Source: Candidatus Methylomirabilia bacterium (GTDB taxonomy: Bacteria > Methylomirabilota > Methylomirabilia > Rokubacteriales > CSP1-6). Taken from it: a DNA stretch of 14,943 nt. The notes beneath the pieces were generated by a model. It did no database searches, was not told the origin of the DNA, and saw nothing but the letters and a program-made list of their open reading frames with translations. Of this stretch, positions 13,246 through 14,943 are shown piece after piece. A program made the translations under genes and the position numbers. Positions within the stretch are counted from its first letter, which is position 1; each line of letters opens with the position of its first letter. The stretch is taken from contig JBGQHJ010000121.1 of the NCBI GenBank assembly GCA_041497895.1, positions 1 to 14,943 of the forward strand, written 5' to 3'.

Positions 13246-14943
13246 GTGCACGATCTCGTGATCGACAACGCCCGTCTCATCGATGGTCTCGGCACGCCCG
13301 CCCGCGACGGCAGTCTCGCGGTCAAGGACGGGCGCATCGTCGCGATGAGTGACGATCGCCGCGGCGCCGATCTGGGGGCCGCCCGCGCGCGCGTCGACGC
13401 GCAGGGCCTCGTGCTCGCGCCGGGGATCGTGGACCTGCACACGCACTACGACGCCCAGCTCACCTGGGATCCCTACGCGACCCCGTCGACCGCGCTCGGC
13501 GTCACCACGGTGGTGATCGGCAACTGCGGCTTCACCATCGCCCCGTGCCATCCCGCCCACCGCGACCTGATCGTGCGCAACCTGACCCACGTGGAAGGCA
13601 TGTCGCTCGAGGCGCTGCGGGCCGGGATCAACTGGGACTTCGAGTCGTATCCCGAGTACCTCGCCTCGCTGGAGCGTCGGGGCCTCGTGCCCAACGTGGC
13701 CTCCTTCGTGGGCCACTCCTCGGTGCGCACCTACGTGCTGGGCGAGGAGGCGAGCAAGCGCACCGCCACCGACGCGGAGATCGCGGAGATGCGCCGCATC
13801 GTGGTGGAGGCGCTGCGGACCGGCGCCATCGGCTTCGCCACCTCCACCCTCGAGCAGCACAACGGCGAGAACGGCATCCCGATGCCGTCGCGCCTGGCCG
13901 ACGAGCGCGAGATGGCCGCGCTGACCGGCGCGCTGGGCGAGGTCGGCCGCGGCGTCTTCATGCTCACCAAGGGCATGACCTCCACCGTGCCGTGGCTCGA
14001 GTCCATCGCGGCGGCCAATCATCGGCCGGTGATGATCGCGGCCATGTTCGTCGACCCGGGCGACCCCACCCGCGTGTTCCGCGAGCTCGGCGAGATCGAG
14101 GCCGCGCGTACGCGGGGCCACGAGCTGTGGGCCCAGGTGGGCTGCTTTCCGCTCGGGATGGAGTTCACGCTGCGGCACCCCTACCCGCTCGAGGCCTTCC
14201 TCGCCTGGCGGCCCGCCATCGTGGCGCCGGACGAGGCGCGCTACCGCGCGGTCCTCGCGGATCCCTCCTTCCGCGCGCGGCTCAAGCAGGAGATCGGCCA
14301 GCCCGGGGTGCCCAACCGCTTCAGCGACAAGAACTGGGACCACCTCACGATCGCGGAGGTGACACGGCCGGAGCATCGGAGCCTCGAGGGCAAGACCATC
14401 GGGGCCCTGGCCCGCGAGCGCGGCCAGCATCCCTGGGACACCTTCCTCGACTTCGGGCTCGACGGCGAGCTCGACGCCATGTTCGACTGCCGCCTCTTCA
14501 ACATCGACGAGGGCGAGGTCCGGCGGCTCCTGCGCCATCCGAACGCGGCGGTGGCCCTGTCCGACGCGGGGGCGCACCTCTCCTTTCTCTGCGACGCGGG
14601 CTTCGGCCTGCACCTCTTCGGCCACTGGGCCCGCGAGCGCGGCGACCTCACGCTCGAGCAGGCGGTGCGGACCGTGACCAGCGCGGTGGCCGACGCCTAT
14701 CGCATCACGGACCGGGGACGGCTCACGCCCGGCGCCTGGGCCGACCTCCTGCTCTTCGACCCGAAGACCGTCGGGCGCGGCGGAAAGCGTCGGGTCAACG
14801 ACCTGCCCACCGGGGCCAGCCGGCTCGACACCCCCGCGGTGGGCCTCCACGGGGTGTGGGTCAACGGGGTGCGCACCGCGGACGAGCGGGGGGTCGTCGA
14901 GGACTGTGGCCGGCCCGGTCGGCTGCTCCGCGAGTTCGCGCCG
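13246..14943 (+). CDS. N-acyl-D-amino-acid deacylase (D-aminoacylase) family amidohydrolase; runs off the right edge
   Basis: Not in the ORF track because there is no stop in the window. From GTG 13246: MHDLVIDNARLIDGLG...LAVKDGRIV...LAPGIVDLHTHYDAQLTWDP...GVTTVVIGNCGF...LSDAGAHLSFLCDAG...DRGRLTPGAWADLLLFDP...VWVNG. It has the HxH, GNCG and SDAGAH motifs, and 566 codons are in the window. Confidence 0.92.
   Translation, partial: MHDLVIDNARLIDGLGTPARDGSLAVKDGRIVAMSDDRRGADLGAARARVDAQGLVLAPGIVDLHTHYDAQLTWDPYATPSTALGVTTVVIGNCGFTIAPCHPAHRDLIVRNLTHVEGMSLEALRAGINWDFESYPEYLASLERRGLVPNVASFVGHSSVRTYVLGEEASKRTATDAEIAEMRRIVVEALRTGAIGFATSTLEQHNGENGIPMPSRLADEREMAALTGALGEVGRGVFMLTKGMTSTVPWLESIAAANHRPVMIAAMFVDPGDPTRVFRELGEIEAARTRGHELWAQVGCFPLGMEFTLRHPYPLEAFLAWRPAIVAPDEARYRAVLADPSFRARLKQEIGQPGVPNRFSDKNWDHLTIAEVTRPEHRSLEGKTIGALARERGQHPWDTFLDFGLDGELDAMFDCRLFNIDEGEVRRLLRHPNAAVALSDAGAHLSFLCDAGFGLHLFGHWARERGDLTLEQAVRTVTSAVADAYRITDRGRLTPGAWADLLLFDPKTVGRGGKRRVNDLPTGASRLDTPAVGLHGVWVNGVRTADERGVVEDCGRPGRLLREFAP

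Noticed and set aside
5620..14850. Long alternative-frame or antisense ORFs (e.g. 5620..7440, 7478..8485, 8942..10144, 10391..11521, 13213..14850)
   Set aside because: They are stop-poor shadows of clearly identified genes and carry no independent motifs.

Overview
Very GC-rich (roughly 70% by eye), densely coding bacterial DNA. The gene content and frequent TANNNT boxes close to start codons would fit a lineage such as Ca. Rokubacteria, but this is inference only. From left to right: the 5' part of an acyl-CoA carboxyltransferase gene, then an ~8.2 kb signalling neighbourhood (587-8768). That neighbourhood holds an RsbW-like Ser kinase/anti-sigma factor, a membrane class III nucleotidyl cyclase with non-canonical purine-specificity residues, an exported FecR-domain protein, an OmpA-family lipoprotein, a CHASE2-PP2C (RsbU-like) phosphatase probably starting at CTG, an RNase Z/PhnP-type MBL hydrolase and an RsbV-like STAS protein. 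A ~2 kb lower-GC block interrupts it, carrying three hypothetical genes and an uncalled GNAT gene remnant next to an inverted repeat. Next come a MacAB-type (type VII) ABC exporter operon (adaptor, ATPase, two permeases) and most of an N-acyl-D-amino-acid deacylase gene behind a clear sigma70-like promoter. The best candidate for a novel system is an envelope-sensing FecR/OmpA/CHASE2 module wired to a partner switch with no sigma factor in the window, and possibly to cyclic-nucleotide turnover.
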